The notes under the pieces were generated by a model that worked only from the letters and a program-made list of their open reading frames with translations, made no database searches and had not been told where the DNA came from. 64,000 bases of DNA from Eledone cirrhosa (taxonomy: Eukaryota). The DNA lies in the NCBI GenBank assembly GCA_964016885.1, contig OZ024743.1, positions 224,006,001-224,070,000 of the forward strand, given 5' to 3'. The position numbers and the translations under genes were made by a program. This document shows positions 1-15,000 of the stretch, in pieces. The first letter of the stretch is position 1; each line of letters opens with the position of its first letter.

Positions 1-3000
1 GGTGATATTGTTGTTGTTGTCATTGTTATTGGTGTTGATATTGCTGTTTTTGTCATTGTTATTGGTGGTGATATTGTTGTTGTTGTCATTGTTATTGGTG
101 GTGATATTGTTGTTGTTGTCATTGTTATTGGTGGTGATATTGTTGTTGTTGTCATTGTTATTGGTGTTGATATTGCTGTTGTTGTCATTGTTATTGGTGT
201 TGATATTGCTGTTGTTGTCATTGTTATTGGTGTTGATATTGCTGTTTTTGTCATTGTTATTGGTGGTGATATTGCTGTTGTTGTCATTGTTATTGGTGTT
301 GATATTGTTGTTGTTGTCATTGTTATAGGTGGTGATATTGTTGTTGTTGTAATTGTTATTGGTGGTGATATTGCTGTTGTTGTCATTGTTATTGGTGGTG
401 ATATTGTTGTTGTTGTCGTTGTTATAGGTGTTGATATTGCGGTTGTTGTCATTGTTATTGGTGTTGATATTGCTGTTGTTGTCGTTGTTATTGGTGGTGA
501 TATTGCTGTTGTTGTCGTTGTTATTGCTGGTGATATTGTTGTTGTTGTCGTTGTTATAGGTGTTGATATTGCGGTTGTTGTCATTGTTATTGGTGTTGAT
601 ATTGCTGTTGTTGTCGTTGTTATTGGTGGTGATATTGCTGTTGTTGTCATTGTTATTGGTGGTGATATTGTTGTTGTTGTCGTTGTTATAGGTGTTGATA
701 TTGCTGTTGTTGTCATTGTTATTGGTGGTGATATTGCTGTTGTTGACTTTGTTATTGCTGGTGATATTGTTGTTGTTGTCATTGTTATTGGTGTTGATAT
801 TGCAGTTGTTGTCGTTGTTATTGGTGTTGATATTGCTATTGTTGTCGTTGTTATTGGTGTTGATATTGCTGTTGTTGTCGTTGTTATTGGTGGTGATATT
901 GCTGTTGTTGTCATTGTTATTGGTGGTGATATTGTTGTTGTTGTCGTTGTTATAGGTGTTGATATTGCTGTTGTTGTCATTGTTATTGGTGTTGATATTG
1001 TTGTTGTTGTCATTGTTATTGGTGTTGATATTGCTGTTGTTGTCGTTGTTATTGCTGGTGATATTGTTGTTGTTGTCATTGTTATTGGTGTTGATATTGC
1101 TGTTGTTGTCGTTGTTATTGGTGTTGATATTGCTGTTGTTGTCGTTGTTATTGGTGGTGATATTGCTGTTGTTGTCGTTGTTATTGGTGTTGATATTGCT
1201 GTTGTTGTCATTGTTATTGGTGGTGATATTGCTGTTGTTGTCGTTGTTATTGGTGTTGATATTGCTGTTGTTGTCATTGTTATTGGTGTTGATATTGCTG
1301 TTGTTGTCGTTGTTATTGGTGTTGATATTGCTGTTGTTGTCATTGTTATTGGTGGTGATATTGCTGTTGTTGTCGTTGTTATTGGTGTTGATATTGCTGT
1401 TGTTGTCATTGTTATTGGTGTTGATATTGTTGTTGTTGTCATTGTTATTGGTGGTGATATTGTTGTTGTTGTCGTTGTTATTGGTGTTGATATTACGGTT
1501 GTTGTCATTGTTATTGGTGTTGATATTGCTGTTGTTGTCATTGTTATTGGTGTTGATATTGTTGTTGTTATCATTGTTATTGGTGTTGATATTGCTGTTG
1601 TTGTCATTGTTATTGGTGTTGATATTGCTGTTGTTGTCATTGTTATTGGTGTTGATATTGCTGTTGTTGTCATTGTTATTGGTGTTGATATTGCTGTTGT
1701 TGTCCTTGTTATTGGTGTTGATATTGCTGTTGTTGTCATTGTTATTGGTGTTGATATTGCTTATGTTGTCATTGTTATTGGTGTTGATATTGCTGTTGTT
1801 GTCGTTGTTATTGGTGTTGATATTGTTGTTGTTGTCATTGTTATTGGTGTTGATATTGTTGTTGTTGTTGTCGTTGTTATTGGTGTTGTTATTGTTGTTG
1901 TTGTCATTGTTATAGGTGGTGATATTGTCGTTGTTGTCGTTGTTATTGGTGGTGATATTGTTGTTGTTGTCGTTGTTATTGGTGTTGATATTGCTGTTGT
2001 TGTCGTTGTTATTGGTGGTGATATTGCTGTTGTTGTCATTGTTATTGGTGGTGATATTGTTGATGTTGTCGTTGTTATTGGTGTTGATATTACTGTTGTT
2101 GTCGTTGTTATTGGTGGTGATATTGCTGTTGTTTTCATTGTTATTGGTGTTGATATTGCTGTTGTTGTTATTGTTATTGGTGTTGATATTGTTGTTGTTG
2201 TCATTGTTATTGGTTGTGATATTGCTGTTGTGGTCATTGTTATTGGTGGTGATGTTGTTGTTGTCGTTGTTATAGGTGTTGATATTGCGGTTGTTGTCAT
2301 TGTTATTGATGTTGATATTGTTGTTGTTGTCGTTGTTATTGGTGGTGTTATTGCTGTTGTGGTCGTTGTTATTGCTGGTGATATTGTTGTTGTTGTCATT
2401 GTTATTGGTGTTGATATTGCTGTTGTTGTCGTTGTTATTGGTGTTGATATTGCTGTTGTGGTCGTTGTTATTGGTGGTGATATTGTTGTTGTTGTCATTG
2501 TTATTGGTGTTGATATTGTTGTTGTTGTCATTGTTATTGGTGTTGATATTGTTGTTGTTGTTGTTGTTATTGGTGTTGATATTGTTGTTGTTGTATTTGT
2601 TATTGGTTTGATATTGCTGTTGTTGTTATTATTATTGTTGGTGATATTGCTGTTGTTCTAATTGTTATTGGTGTTGATATTGTTGTTGTTGTCATTGTTA
2701 TTGGTGTTGATATTGCTGTTGTTGTCATTGTTATTGGTGTTGATATTGTTGTTGTTGTCGTTGTTATTGGTGTTGATATTGTTGTTGTTGTCGTTGTTAT
2801 TGGTGTTGATATTGCTGTTGTTGTCATTGTTATTGGTGTTGATATTGCTGTTGTTGTCATTGTTATTGGTGGTGATATTGTTGTTGTTGTCGTTGTTATT
2901 GGTGTTGATATTGCTGTTGCTGTCATTGTTATTGGTGTTGATATTGTTGTTGTTGTCGTTGTTATTGGTGTTGATATTGCTGTTGTTGTCATTGTTATTG

Positions 3001-6000
3001 GTGTTGATATTGTTGTTGTTGTCGTTGTTATTGGTGTTGATATTGCTGTTGTTGTCATTGTTATTGGTGTTGATATTGCTGTTGTTGTCATTGTTATTGG
3101 TGTTGATATTGTTGTTGTTGTCGTTGTTATTGGTGTTGATATTGTTGTTGTTGTCGTTGTTATTGGTGTTGATATTGCTGTTGTTGTCATTGTTATTGGT
3201 GTTGATATTGTTGTTGTTGTCATTGTTATTGGTGTTGATATTGCTGTTGTTGTCATTGTTATTGGTGTTGATATTGCTGTTGTTGTCATTGTTATTGGTG
3301 TTGATATTGTTGTTGTTGTCGTTGTTATTGGTGTTGATATTGTTGTTGTTGTCGTTGTTATTGGTGTTGATATTGCTGTTGTTGTCATTGTTATTGGTGT
3401 TGATATTGTTGTTGTTGTCATTGTTATTGGTGTTGATATTGCTGTTGTTGCCATTGTTATTGGTGTTGATATTGTTGTTACTGTCGTTGTTATTGGTGTT
3501 GATATTGTTGTTGTTGTCATTGTTATTGGTGTTGATATTGCTGTTGTTGCCATTGTTATTGGTGTTGATATTGCTGTTACTGTCGTTGTTATTGGTGGTG
3601 ATATTGCTGTTGTTGTCATTGTTATTGGTGGTGATATTGCTGTTGTTGTCGTTGTTATTGGTGGTGATATTGTTGTTGTCATTGTTATTGGTGTTGATAT
3701 TGTTGTTGTTGTCGTTGTTATTGGTGTTGATATTACTGTTGTTGTCATTTTTATTGGTGTTGATATTGCTGTTGTTGTCATTGTTATTGGTGTTGATATT
3801 GCTGTTGTTGTCATTGTTATTGGTGTTGATATTGCTGTTGTTGTCATTTTTATTGGTGTTGATATTGCTGTTGTTGTCATTGTTATTGGTGTTGATATTG
3901 CTGTTGTTGTCATTGTTATTGGTGTTGATATTGTTGTTGTTGTCATTGTTGTCGGTGGTGATATTGCTGTTGTTGTCATTGTTATTGGTGTTGATATTGC
4001 TGTTGTTGTCATTGTTATTGGTGTTGATATTGCTGTTGTTGTCATTGTTATTGGTGTTGATATTGTTGTTGTTGTCATTGTTGTTGGTGTTGATATTGCT
4101 GTTGTTGTCATTGTTATTGGTGTTGATATTTTTGTTGTTGTCATTGTTATTGTTGTTGATATTGTTGTTGTTGTCATTGTTATTGGTGTTGATATTGCTG
4201 CTGTTGTCATTGTTATTGGTGTTGATATTGTTGTTGTTGTCATTGTTATTGTTGTTGATATTGTTGTTGTTGTCGTTGTTATTGGTGTTGATATTGTTGT
4301 TGTCGTTGTTATTGGTGTTGATATTGCTGTTGTTGTCATTGTTATTGGTGTTGATATTGTTGTTGTTGTCATTGTTATTGGTGTTAATATTGTTGTTGTT
4401 CTCATTGTTATTGGTGTTGATATTGCTGTTGTTGTCATGGTTATTGGTGTTGATATTGTTGTTATTGTCATTGTTATTGGTGTTGATATTGTTGTTGTTG
4501 ACATTGTTATTGGTGGTGATATTGTTGTTGTTCTCATTGTTATTGGTGTTGATATTGCTGTTTTTGTCATTGTTATTGGTGTTGATATTGTTGTTGTTGT
4601 TGTTATTGGTGTTGATATTGTTGTTGTTGTTGTTGTTGTTATTGTTGTTTATATTGCTGTTGTTGTCATTGTTATTGCTGTTGATATTGTTGTTGTTGTC
4701 ATTGTTATTGGTGTTGATATTGTTGTTGTTGTCGTTGTTATTGGTGGTGATATTGTTGTTGTTGTCGTTGTTATTGGTGGTGATATTGTAGTTGTTGTCA
4801 TTGTTATTGGTGTTGATATTGCTGTTGTTGTCATTGTTATTGCTGTTGATATTGTTGTTGTTGTCATTGTTATTGGTGTTGATATTGCTGTTGTTGTTAT
4901 TGTTATTGGTGTTGATATTGTTGTTGTTGTCGTTGTTATTGGTGGTGATATTGTTGTTGTTGTCATTGTTATTGGTGTTGATATTGCTGTTGTTGTCATT
5001 GTTATTGGTGTTGATATTGTTGTTGTTGTCATTGTTATTGATGTTGATATTGCTGTTGTTGTCATTGTTATTGCTGTTGATATTGTTGTTGTTGTCGTAG
5101 TTAATGGTGTTGATATTGCTGTTGTTGTCATTGTTATTGGTGTTGATATTGTTGTTGTTGTCATTGTTATTGGTGTTGATATTGTTGTTGTTGTCGTTGT
5201 TATTGGTGGTAATATTGTTGTTGTTGTCATTGTTATTGGTGTTGATATTGTTGTTGTTGTCGTTGTTATTGGTGGTGATATTGTTGTTGTTGTCATTGTT
5301 ATTGGTGTTGATATTGCTGTTGTTGTCATTGTTATTGGTGTTGATATTGCTGTTGTTTTCGTTGTTATTGGTGTTGATATTGCTGTTGTATTCATTGTTA
5401 TTGGTGTTGATATTGTTGTTGTTGTCGTTGTTATTGGTGTTGATATTGCTGTTGTTGTCATTGTTATTGGTGGTGATATTGCTGTTGTTGTCATTGTTAT
5501 TGGTGTTGATATTTCTGTTGTTGTCGTTGTTATTGGTGTTGATATTGTTGTTGTTGCCATTGTTATTGGTGTTGATATTTCTGTTATTGTCGTTGTTATT
5601 GGTGGTGATATTGCTGTTATTGTCGTTGTTATTGGTGGTGATATTGCTGTTGTTGTCGTTGTTATTGGTGGTGATATTGTTGTTGTTGTCGTTGTTATTG
5701 GTGTTGATATTGCTGTTGTTGTCATTGTTATTGGTGTTGATATTGTTGTTGTTGTCATTGTTATTGGTGGTGATATTGCTGTTGTTGTCATTGATATTGG
5801 TGGTGATATTGCTGTTGTTGTCATTGTTATTTGTGTTGATATTGTTGTTGTTGTCATTGTTATTGGTGTTGATATTGCTGTTGTTGTCATTGTTATTGGT
5901 GTTGATATTGTTGTTGTTGTCATTGTTATTGGTGTTGATATTTTTGTTGTTGTCATTGTTATTGGTGTTGATATTGCTGTTGTTGTCATTGTTATTGGTG

Positions 6001-9000
6001 TTGATATTGCTGTTGTATTCATTGTTATTGGTGTTGATATTGCTGTTGTTGTCATTGTTATTGGTGTTGATATTGCTGTTGTTGTCATTGTTGTTGGTGG
6101 TGATATTGTTGTTGTTGTCATTGTTATTGTTGTTGATATTGTTGTTGTTGTCATTGTTATTGTTGTTGATATTGTTGTTGTTGTCATTGTTATTGGTGTT
6201 GATATTGCTGTTGTTGTCATTGTTCTTGGTGTTGATATTGCTGTTGTTGTCATTGTTATTGGTGTTGATATTGCTGTTGTTGTCATTGTTATTGGTGTTG
6301 ATATTGCTGTAGTTGTCGTTGTCATTGGTTGTTGTTGTCATTGTTATTGGTGTTGATATTGGTGTTGACATTGTTGTTGTTGTCGTTGTTATTGATGGTG
6401 ATATTGTTGTTGTTGTCGTCGTTATTGGTGTTGATATTGTTGTTGTTGTCATTGTTATTGATGTTCATATTGTTGTTATTGTCGTTGTTATTGATAGTGA
6501 TATTGTTGTTGTTGTCGTTGTTATTGGTGTTGATATTGTTGTTGTTGTCCTTGTTATTGATAGTGATATTGCTGTTGTTGTCATTGTTATTGGTGTTGAT
6601 ATTGTGTTTGTTGTCATTGTTATTGGTGTTGATATTTTTGTTGTTATTGTTGTTGGTGTTGATATTGTTGTTGTTGTCATTGTTATTGTTGTTGATATTG
6701 TTGTTGTTGTCATTGTCATTGTTGTTGATTTTGTTGTTGTTGTCATTTTTATTGGTGTTGATATTGCTGTTGTTGTCATTGTTATTGGTGTTGATATTGC
6801 TGTTGTTGTCATTGTTATTGGTGTTGATATTTTTGTTGTTGTCATTGTTATTGTTGTTGATATTGTTGTTGTTGACATTGTTATTGGTGTTGATATTGCT
6901 GTTGTTGTCATTGTTATTGGTGTTGATATTGCTGTTGTTGTCGTTGTTATTGGTGTTGATATTGCTGTTGTTGTCATTGTTATTGGTTGTTGTTGTCATT
7001 GTTATTGGTGTTGATATTGGTGTTGTTGTCATTGTTATTGGTGTTGATATTGTTGTTGTTGTTGTTGTTATTGGTGTTGATATTGTTGTTGTTGTTGTTG
7101 TTATTGGTGGTGATATTGTTGTTGTTGTCGTTGTTATTGGTGTTGATATTGTTGATGTTGTCATTCTTATTGGTGGTGATATTGTTGTTGTTGTCGTTGT
7201 TATTGGTGGTGATATTGTTGTTGTTGTCGTTGTTATTGGTGTTGATATTGCTGTTGTTGTCATTGTTATTGGTGTTGATATTGTTGTTGTTGTCGTTGTT
7301 ATTGGTGTTGATATTGTTGTTGTTGCCATTGTTGTTGGTGTTGATATTTCTGTTATTGTCGTTGTTATTGGTGTTGACGTTGTTGTTGTTGTCGTGGTTA
7401 TTGGTGTTGATATCGTTGTTGTTGTCATTGTTATTGGTTTTGATATTGCTGTTGTTGTCACTGTTATTGGTGTTGATATTGTTGTTGTTGTCGTTGTTAT
7501 TGGTGTTGATATTGTTGTTGTTGTTGTTATTGTTATTGGTGTTGATATTGCTGTTGTTGTCGTTGTTATTGGTGTTGATATTGTTGTTGTTGTCATTGTT
7601 ATTGGAGGTGATATTGCTGTGTTGTCATTGTTATTGGTGGTGATATTGCTGTTGTTGTCATTGTTATTGGTGTTGATATAGTTGTTGTTGTCATTGTTAT
7701 TGGTGGTGATATTGCTGTTGTTGTCATTGTTATTGGTGGTGATATTGCTGTTGTTGTCGTTGTTATTGGTGTTGATATAGTTGTTGTTGTCATTGTTATT
7801 GGTGGTGATATTGCTGTTGTTGTCATTGTTATTGGTGGTGATATTGCTGTTGTTGTCGTTGTTATTGGTGTTGATATTGTTGTTGTTGACATTGTTATTG
7901 GTGTTGATATTGCTGTTGTTGTCATTGTTATTGGTGTTGATATTGTTGTTGTTGTTGTTATTGGTGTTGATATTGTTGTTGTTGTCATTGTTATTGGTGT
8001 TGATATTGTTGTTGTTGTCGTTCTTATTGGTGGTGATATTGTTGTTGTTGTCGTTGTTATTGGTGGTGATATTGTTGTTGTTGTCGTTGTTATTGGTGTT
8101 GATATTGTTGTTGTTGTCGTTCTTATTGGTGGTGATATTGTTGTTGTTGTCGTTGTTATTGGTGTTGATATTGTTGTTGTTGTCGTTCTTATTGGTGGTG
8201 ATATTGTTGTTGTTGTCGTTCTTATTGGTGGTGATATTGTTGTTGTTGTCGTTCTTATTGGTGGTGATATTGTTGTTGTTGTCGTTGTTATTGGTGTTGA
8301 TATTGTTGTTGTTGTCGTTCTTATTGGTGGTGATATTGTTGTTGTTGTCGTTCTTATTGGTGGTGATATTGTTGTTGTTGTCGTTCTTATTGGTGGTGAT
8401 ATTGTTGTTGTTGTCGTTGTTATTGGTGTTGATATTGTTGTTGTTGTCGTTCTTATTGGTGGTGATATTGTTGTTGTTGTCGTTCTTATTGGTGGTGATA
8501 TTGTTGTTGTTGTCGTTCTTATTGGTGGTGATATTGTTGTTGTTGTCGTTGTTATTGGTGTTGATATTGTTGTTGTTGTCGTTCTTATTGGTGGTGATAT
8601 TGTTGTTGTTGTCGTTCTTATTGGTGGTGATATTGTTGTTGTTGTCGTTCTTATTGGTGGTGATATTGTTGTTGTTGTCGTTCTTATTGGTGGTGATATT
8701 GTTGTTGTTGTCGTTCTTATTGGTGGTGATATTGTTGTTGTTGTCGTTCTTATTGGTGGTGATATTGTTGTTGTTGTCGTTGTTATTGGTGTTGATATTG
8801 TTGTTGTTGTCGTTCTTATTGGTGGTGATATTGTTGTTGTTGTCGTTCTTATTGGTGGTGATATTGTTGTTGTTGTCATAGTTATTGGTGTTGATATTGT
8901 TGTTGTTGTCATTGTTATTGGTGTTGATATTGCTGTTGTTGTTGTTGTTATTGGTGTTGATATTGCTGTTGTTGTAGTTGTTATTGGTGTTGATATTGTT

Positions 9001-12000
9001 GTTGTTGTCGTTGTTATTGGTGTTGATATTGTTGTTGTTGTTGTTATTATTGGTGTTGATATTGCTGTTGTTGTTGTTGTTATTGGTGTTGATATTGCTG
9101 TTGTTGTTGTTGTTATTGGTGTTGATATTGTTGTTGTTGTCGTTGTTATTGGTGTTGATATTGTTGTTGTTGTTGTTGTTATTGGTGTTGATATTGCTGT
9201 TGTTGTCATTGTTATTGGTGTTGATATTGTTGTTGTTGTTGTTGTTATTGGTGTTGATATTGTTGTTGTTGTTGTTGTTATTGTTGGTGATATTTTTGTT
9301 GTTGTCGTTGTTATTGTCGTTGATATTGCTGTTGTTGTCGTTGTTATTGGTGTTGATATTGCTGTTGTTGTCCTTGTTATTGATAGTGATATTGGTGTTG
9401 TTGTCCTTGTTATTGCTGTTGATATTGCTGCTGTTGTCATTGTTATTGGTGGTGATATTGCTGTTGTTGTCGTTGTTATTGGTGTTGATATTATTGTTGT
9501 TGTCCTTGTTATTGCTGTTGATATTGCTGCTGTTGTCATTGTTATTGGTGTTGATATTGCTGTTGTTGTCATTGTTATTGGTGGTGATATTGCTATTGTT
9601 GTCGTTGTTATTGGTGGTGATATTGTTGTTGTTGTCATTGTTATTGGTGTTTATATTGTTGTTGTTGTCGTTGTTATTGGTGTTGATATTGTTGTTGTTG
9701 TCATTGTTATTGGTGTTGATATTGTTGTTGTCGTTGTTATTGGTGTTGATATTGTTGTTGTCATTGTTATTGGTGTTGATATTGCTGTTGTTGTCGTTGT
9801 TATTGGTGTTGATATTATTGTTGTTGTCCTTGTTATTGCTGTTGATATTGCTGCTGTTGTCATTGTTATTGGTGTTGATATTGCTGTTGTTGTCATTGTT
9901 ATTGGTGGTGATATTGCTATTGTTGTCGTTGTTATTGGTGGTGATATTGTTGTTGTTGTCATTGTTATTGGTGTTTATATTGTTGTTGTTGTCGTTGTTA
10001 TTGGTGTTGATATTGTTGTTGTTGTCATTGTTATTGGTGTTGATATTGTTGTTGTCATTGTTATTGGTGTTGATATTGCTGTTGTTGTCGTTGTTATTGG
10101 TGTTGATATTGTTGTTGTTGTCGTTGTTATTGGTATGGATATTGCTGTTGTTGTCATTGTTATTGGTGTTGATATTGTTGTTGTCATTGTTATTGGTAGT
10201 GATATTGTTGTTGTTGTCATTGTTATTGGTGGTGATATTGTTGTTGTTGTCGTTGTTATTGGTGTTGATATTGCTGTTGTTGTCGTTGTTATTGGTGGTG
10301 ATATTGCTGTTGTTGTCATTGTTATTGGTGTTGATATTGTTGTTGTTGTCATTGTTATTGGTGTTGATATTGTTGTTGTTGTCGTTGTTATTGGTGTTGA
10401 TATTGTTGTTGTTGTCGTTGTTATTGGTGTTGATATTGCTGTTGTTGTCGTTGTTACTGGTGTTGATATTGTTGTTGTTGTCATTGTTATTGGTGTTGAT
10501 ATTGTTGTTGTTGTCATTGTTATTGGTGTTGATATTGTTGTTGTCATTGTTATTGGTGTTGATATTGTTGTTGTTGTCGTTGTTATTGGTGTTGATATTG
10601 CTGTTGTTGTCATTGTTATTGGTGGTGATATTGCTGTTGTTGTCGTTGTTATTGGTGTTGATATTGCCGTTGTTGTCATTGTTATTGGTGGTGATATTGC
10701 TGTTGTTGTCATTGTTATTGGTGTTGATATTGTTGTTGTTCTCATTGTTATTGGTGTTGAAATTACTGTTGTTGTCGTTGTTATTGGTGTTGATATTGCT
10801 GTTGTTGTCATTGTTATTGGTGTTGATATTGTTGTTGTTGTCGTTGTTATTGGTGTTGATAATGCTGTTGTTGTCGTTGTTATTGGTGTTGATATTGCTG
10901 TTGTTGTCATTGTTATTGGTGGTGATATTGCTGTTGTTGTCATTGTTATTGGTGTTGATATTGTTGTTGTTCTCATTGTTATTGGTGTTGAAATTACTGT
11001 TGTTGTCGTTGTTATTGGTGTTGATATTGCTGTTGTTGTCATTGTTATTGGTGGTGATATTGCTGTTGTTGTCGTTGTTATTGGTGGTGATATTGTTGTT
11101 GTTGTCATTGTTATTGGTGTTGATATTGTTGTTGTTGTCATTGTTATTGGTGGTGATATTGCTGTTGTTGTCGTTGTTATTGGTGTTGATATTGCTGTTG
11201 TTGTCATTGTTATTGTTGTTGATATTGCTGTTGTTGTCATTGTTATTGGTGTTGATATTGTTGTTGTTGTCGTTGTTGTTGGTGTTGATATTGTTGTTGT
11301 TGTCGTTGTTATTGGTGGTGATATTGTTGTTGTTGTCGTTGTTATTGGTGTTGATGTTGTTGTTGTCGTTGTTATTGGTGTTGATATTGCTGTTGTTATC
11401 ATTGTTATTGGTGGTGATATTGCTGTTGTTGTCATTGTTATTGGTGGTGATATTGTTGTTGTTGTCGTTGTTATTGGTGTTGATGTTGTTGTTGTCGTTG
11501 TTATTGGTGGTGATATTGCTGTTGTTGTCATTGTTATTGGTGTTGATATTGCTGTTGTTGTCGTTGTTATTGGTGTTGATATTGTTGTTGTTGTCATTGT
11601 TATTGGTGTTGATATTGTTGTTGTTGTCGTTGTTATTGGTGTTGATATTACTGTTGTTGTCATTGTTATTGGTGGTGATATTGCTGTTGTTGTCATTGTT
11701 ATTGGTGTTGATATTGTTTGTTGTTGTCATTGTTGTTGGTGTTGATATTGCTGTTGTTGTCATTGTTATTGGTGTTGATATTGTTGTTGTTGTCGTTGTT
11801 ATTGGTGTTGATATTGCTGTTGTTGTCATTGTTATTGGTGTTGATATTGCTGTTGTTGTCATTGTTATTGGTGTTGATATTGTTGTTGTTGTCGTTGTTG
11901 TTGGTGTTGATATTGCTGTTGTTGTCATTGTTATTGGTGTTGATATTGTTGTTGTTGTCATTTTTATTGGTGTTGATATTGTTGTTGTTGTCATTGTTAC

Positions 12001-15000
12001 TGGTGGTGATATTGTCGTTGTTGTCATTGTTATTGGTGTTGATATTGTTGTTGTTGTCGTTGTTATTGGTGGTGATATTGTTGTTGTTGTCATTTTAGTG
12101 GTGTTGATATTGCTGTTGTTGTCATTGTTATTGGTGTTGATATTGCTGTTGTTGTCCTTGTTATAGGTGTTGATATTGTTGTTGTTGCCATTGTTATTGG
12201 TGTTGATATTTCTGTTATTGTCGTTGTTATTGGTGTTGATATTGCTGTTGTTGCCATTGTTATTGGTGTTGATATTGTTGTTGTTCTCATTGTTATTGGT
12301 GGTGATATTGCTGTTGTTGTTGTTGTTATTGGTGTTGATATTGCTGTTGTTGCCATTGTTATTGGTGTTGATATTGCTGTTGTTGTCATGGTTATTGGTG
12401 GTGATATTGTTGTTGTTCTCATTGTTATTGTTGGTGATATTGTTGTTGTTCTCATTGTTATTGGTGGTGATATTTCTGTTGTCGTTGTTATTGGTGGTGA
12501 TATTGTTGTTGTTGTCATTGTTATTGTTGGTGATATTTCTGTTGTCGTTGTTATTGGTGGTGATATTGTTGTTGTTGTCATTGTTATTGGTGTTGATATT
12601 GTTGTTGTCGTTGTTATTGGTGGTGATATTGTTGTTGTTGTAATTGTTATTGGTGGTGATATTGCTGTTGTTGTCATTGTTATTGGTGGTGATATTGTTG
12701 TTGTTGTCACTGTTATTGGTGTTGATATTGTTGTTGTTGACATTGTTATTGGTGGTGATATTGTTGTTGTTCTCATTGTTATTGGTGTTGATATTGCTGT
12801 TGTTGTCATTGTTATTGGTGGTGATATTGTTGTTGTTGTCGTTGTTATTGGTGGTGATATTGCTGTTGTTGTCATTGTTATTGGTGTTGATATTGCTGTT
12901 GTTGTCATTGTTATTGGTGGTGATATTGTTGTTGTTCTCATTGTTATTGGTGTTGATATTGTTGTTGTTGTCATTGTTATTGGTGGTGATATTGCTGTTG
13001 TTGTCATGGTTATTGGTGTTGATATTGTTGTTGTTGTCATTGTTATTGTTGGTGATATTGCTGTTGTTGTCATTGTTATTGGTGTTGATATTGTTGTTGT
13101 TGTTGTCATTGTTATTGGTGGTGATATTGTTGTTGTTCTCATTGTTATTGGTGTTGATATTGTTGTTGTTGTCATTGTTATTGGTGTTGATATTGCTGTT
13201 GTTGTCATTGTTACTGGTGGTGATATTGTTGTTGTTCTCATTGTTATTGGTGTTGATATTGTTGTTGTTGTCATTGTTATTGGTGGTGATATTGCTGTTT
13301 TTGTCATGGTTATTGGTGTTGATATTGCTGTTGTTGTCATTGTTATTGTTGGTGATATTGCTGTTGTTGTCATTGTTATTGGTGTTGATATTGTTGTTGT
13401 TGTCATTGTTATTGGTGTTGATATTGTTGTTGTTGTCATGGTTATTGGTGTTGATATTGTTGTTGTTGTCATTGTTATTGGTGGTGATATTGCTGTTGTT
13501 GTCATTGTTATTGGTGGTGATATTGCTGTTGTTGTCATTGTTATTGGTGTTGATATTGTTGTTGTTCTCATTGTTATTGGTGTTGATATTGTTGTTGTTG
13601 TTGTTGTTATTGGTGTTGATATTGTTGTTGTTGTCGTTCTTATTGGTGGTGATATTGTTGTTGTTGTCATGGTTATTGGTGGTGATATTGCTGTTGTTGT
13701 CATTGTTATTGGTGTTGATATTGTTGTTGTTGTTGTTATTGGTGTTGATATTGTTGTTGTTGTCATTGTTATTGGTGTTGATATTGTTGTTGTTGTCGTT
13801 CTTATTGGTGTTGATATTGTTGTTGTTGTCATTGTTATTGGTGGTGATATTGTTGTTGTTGTCGTTGTTATTGGTGGTGATATTGTTGTTGTTGTCGTTG
13901 TTATTGGTGTTGATATTGTTGTTGTTGTCATTTTTATTGGTGTTGATATTGTTGTTGTTGTCATTGTTACTGGTGGTGATATTGTCGTTGTTGTCATTGT
14001 TATTGGTGTTGATATTGTTGTTGTTGTCGTAGTTATTGGTGTTGATATTGTTGTTGTTGTCATTTTTATTGGTGGTGATATTGTTGTTGTTGTCATTGTT
14101 ATTGGTGTTGATATTGTTGTTGTTGTCATTTTTATTGGTGTTGATATTTTTGTTGTTATTTTTATTGGTGTTGATATTGTTGTTGTTGTCGTTGTTATTG
14201 GTGTTGATATTTTTGTTGTTATTTTTATTGGTGTTGATATTGTTGTTGTTGTCGTTGTTATTGGTGGTGATATTGCTGTTGTTGGCGTTGTTATTGGTGT
14301 TGATATTGTTGTTGTTGTCCTTGTTATTGGTGTTGATATTGTTGTTGTTGTCGTTGTTATTGGTGTTGATATTGTTGTTGTTGTCATTGTTATTGGTGTT
14401 GACATTGTTGTTGTTGTTGTTGTTATTGGTGTTGATATTGTTGTTGTTGTCATTGTTATTGGTGTTGAAATTGTTGTTGTTGTTGTTGTTGTTGTTATTG
14501 GTGTTGATATTGTTGTTGTTGTCATTGTTATTGGTGTTGACATTGTTGTTGTTGTCGTTGTTATTGGTGTTGATATCTTTGTTGTTGTCTTTGTTATTGG
14601 TGTTGATATTGCTGTTGTTGTCACTGTTATTGGTGTTGATATTGCTGTTGTTGTTATTGTTATTGGTCTTGATATTGCTGTTGTTGTCATTGTTATTGGT
14701 GTTGATATTGTTGTTGTTGTCATTGTTATTGGTGTTGATATTGTTGTTGTTGTTATTGTTATTGGTCTTGATATTGCTGTTGTTGTGGTTGTTATTGGTG
14801 TTTATATTGCTGTTGTTGTCATTGTTATTGTTGGTGATATTGCTGTTGTTGTCGTTGTTATTGGTGCTGATATTGTTGTTGTTGTCATTGTTATTGGTGT
14901 TGATATTGTTGTTGTTGTTGTTGTTGTTATTGGTGTTGATATTGTTGTTGTTGTTGTTATTGGTGTTGATATTGCTGTTGTTATCATTGTTATTGGTGTT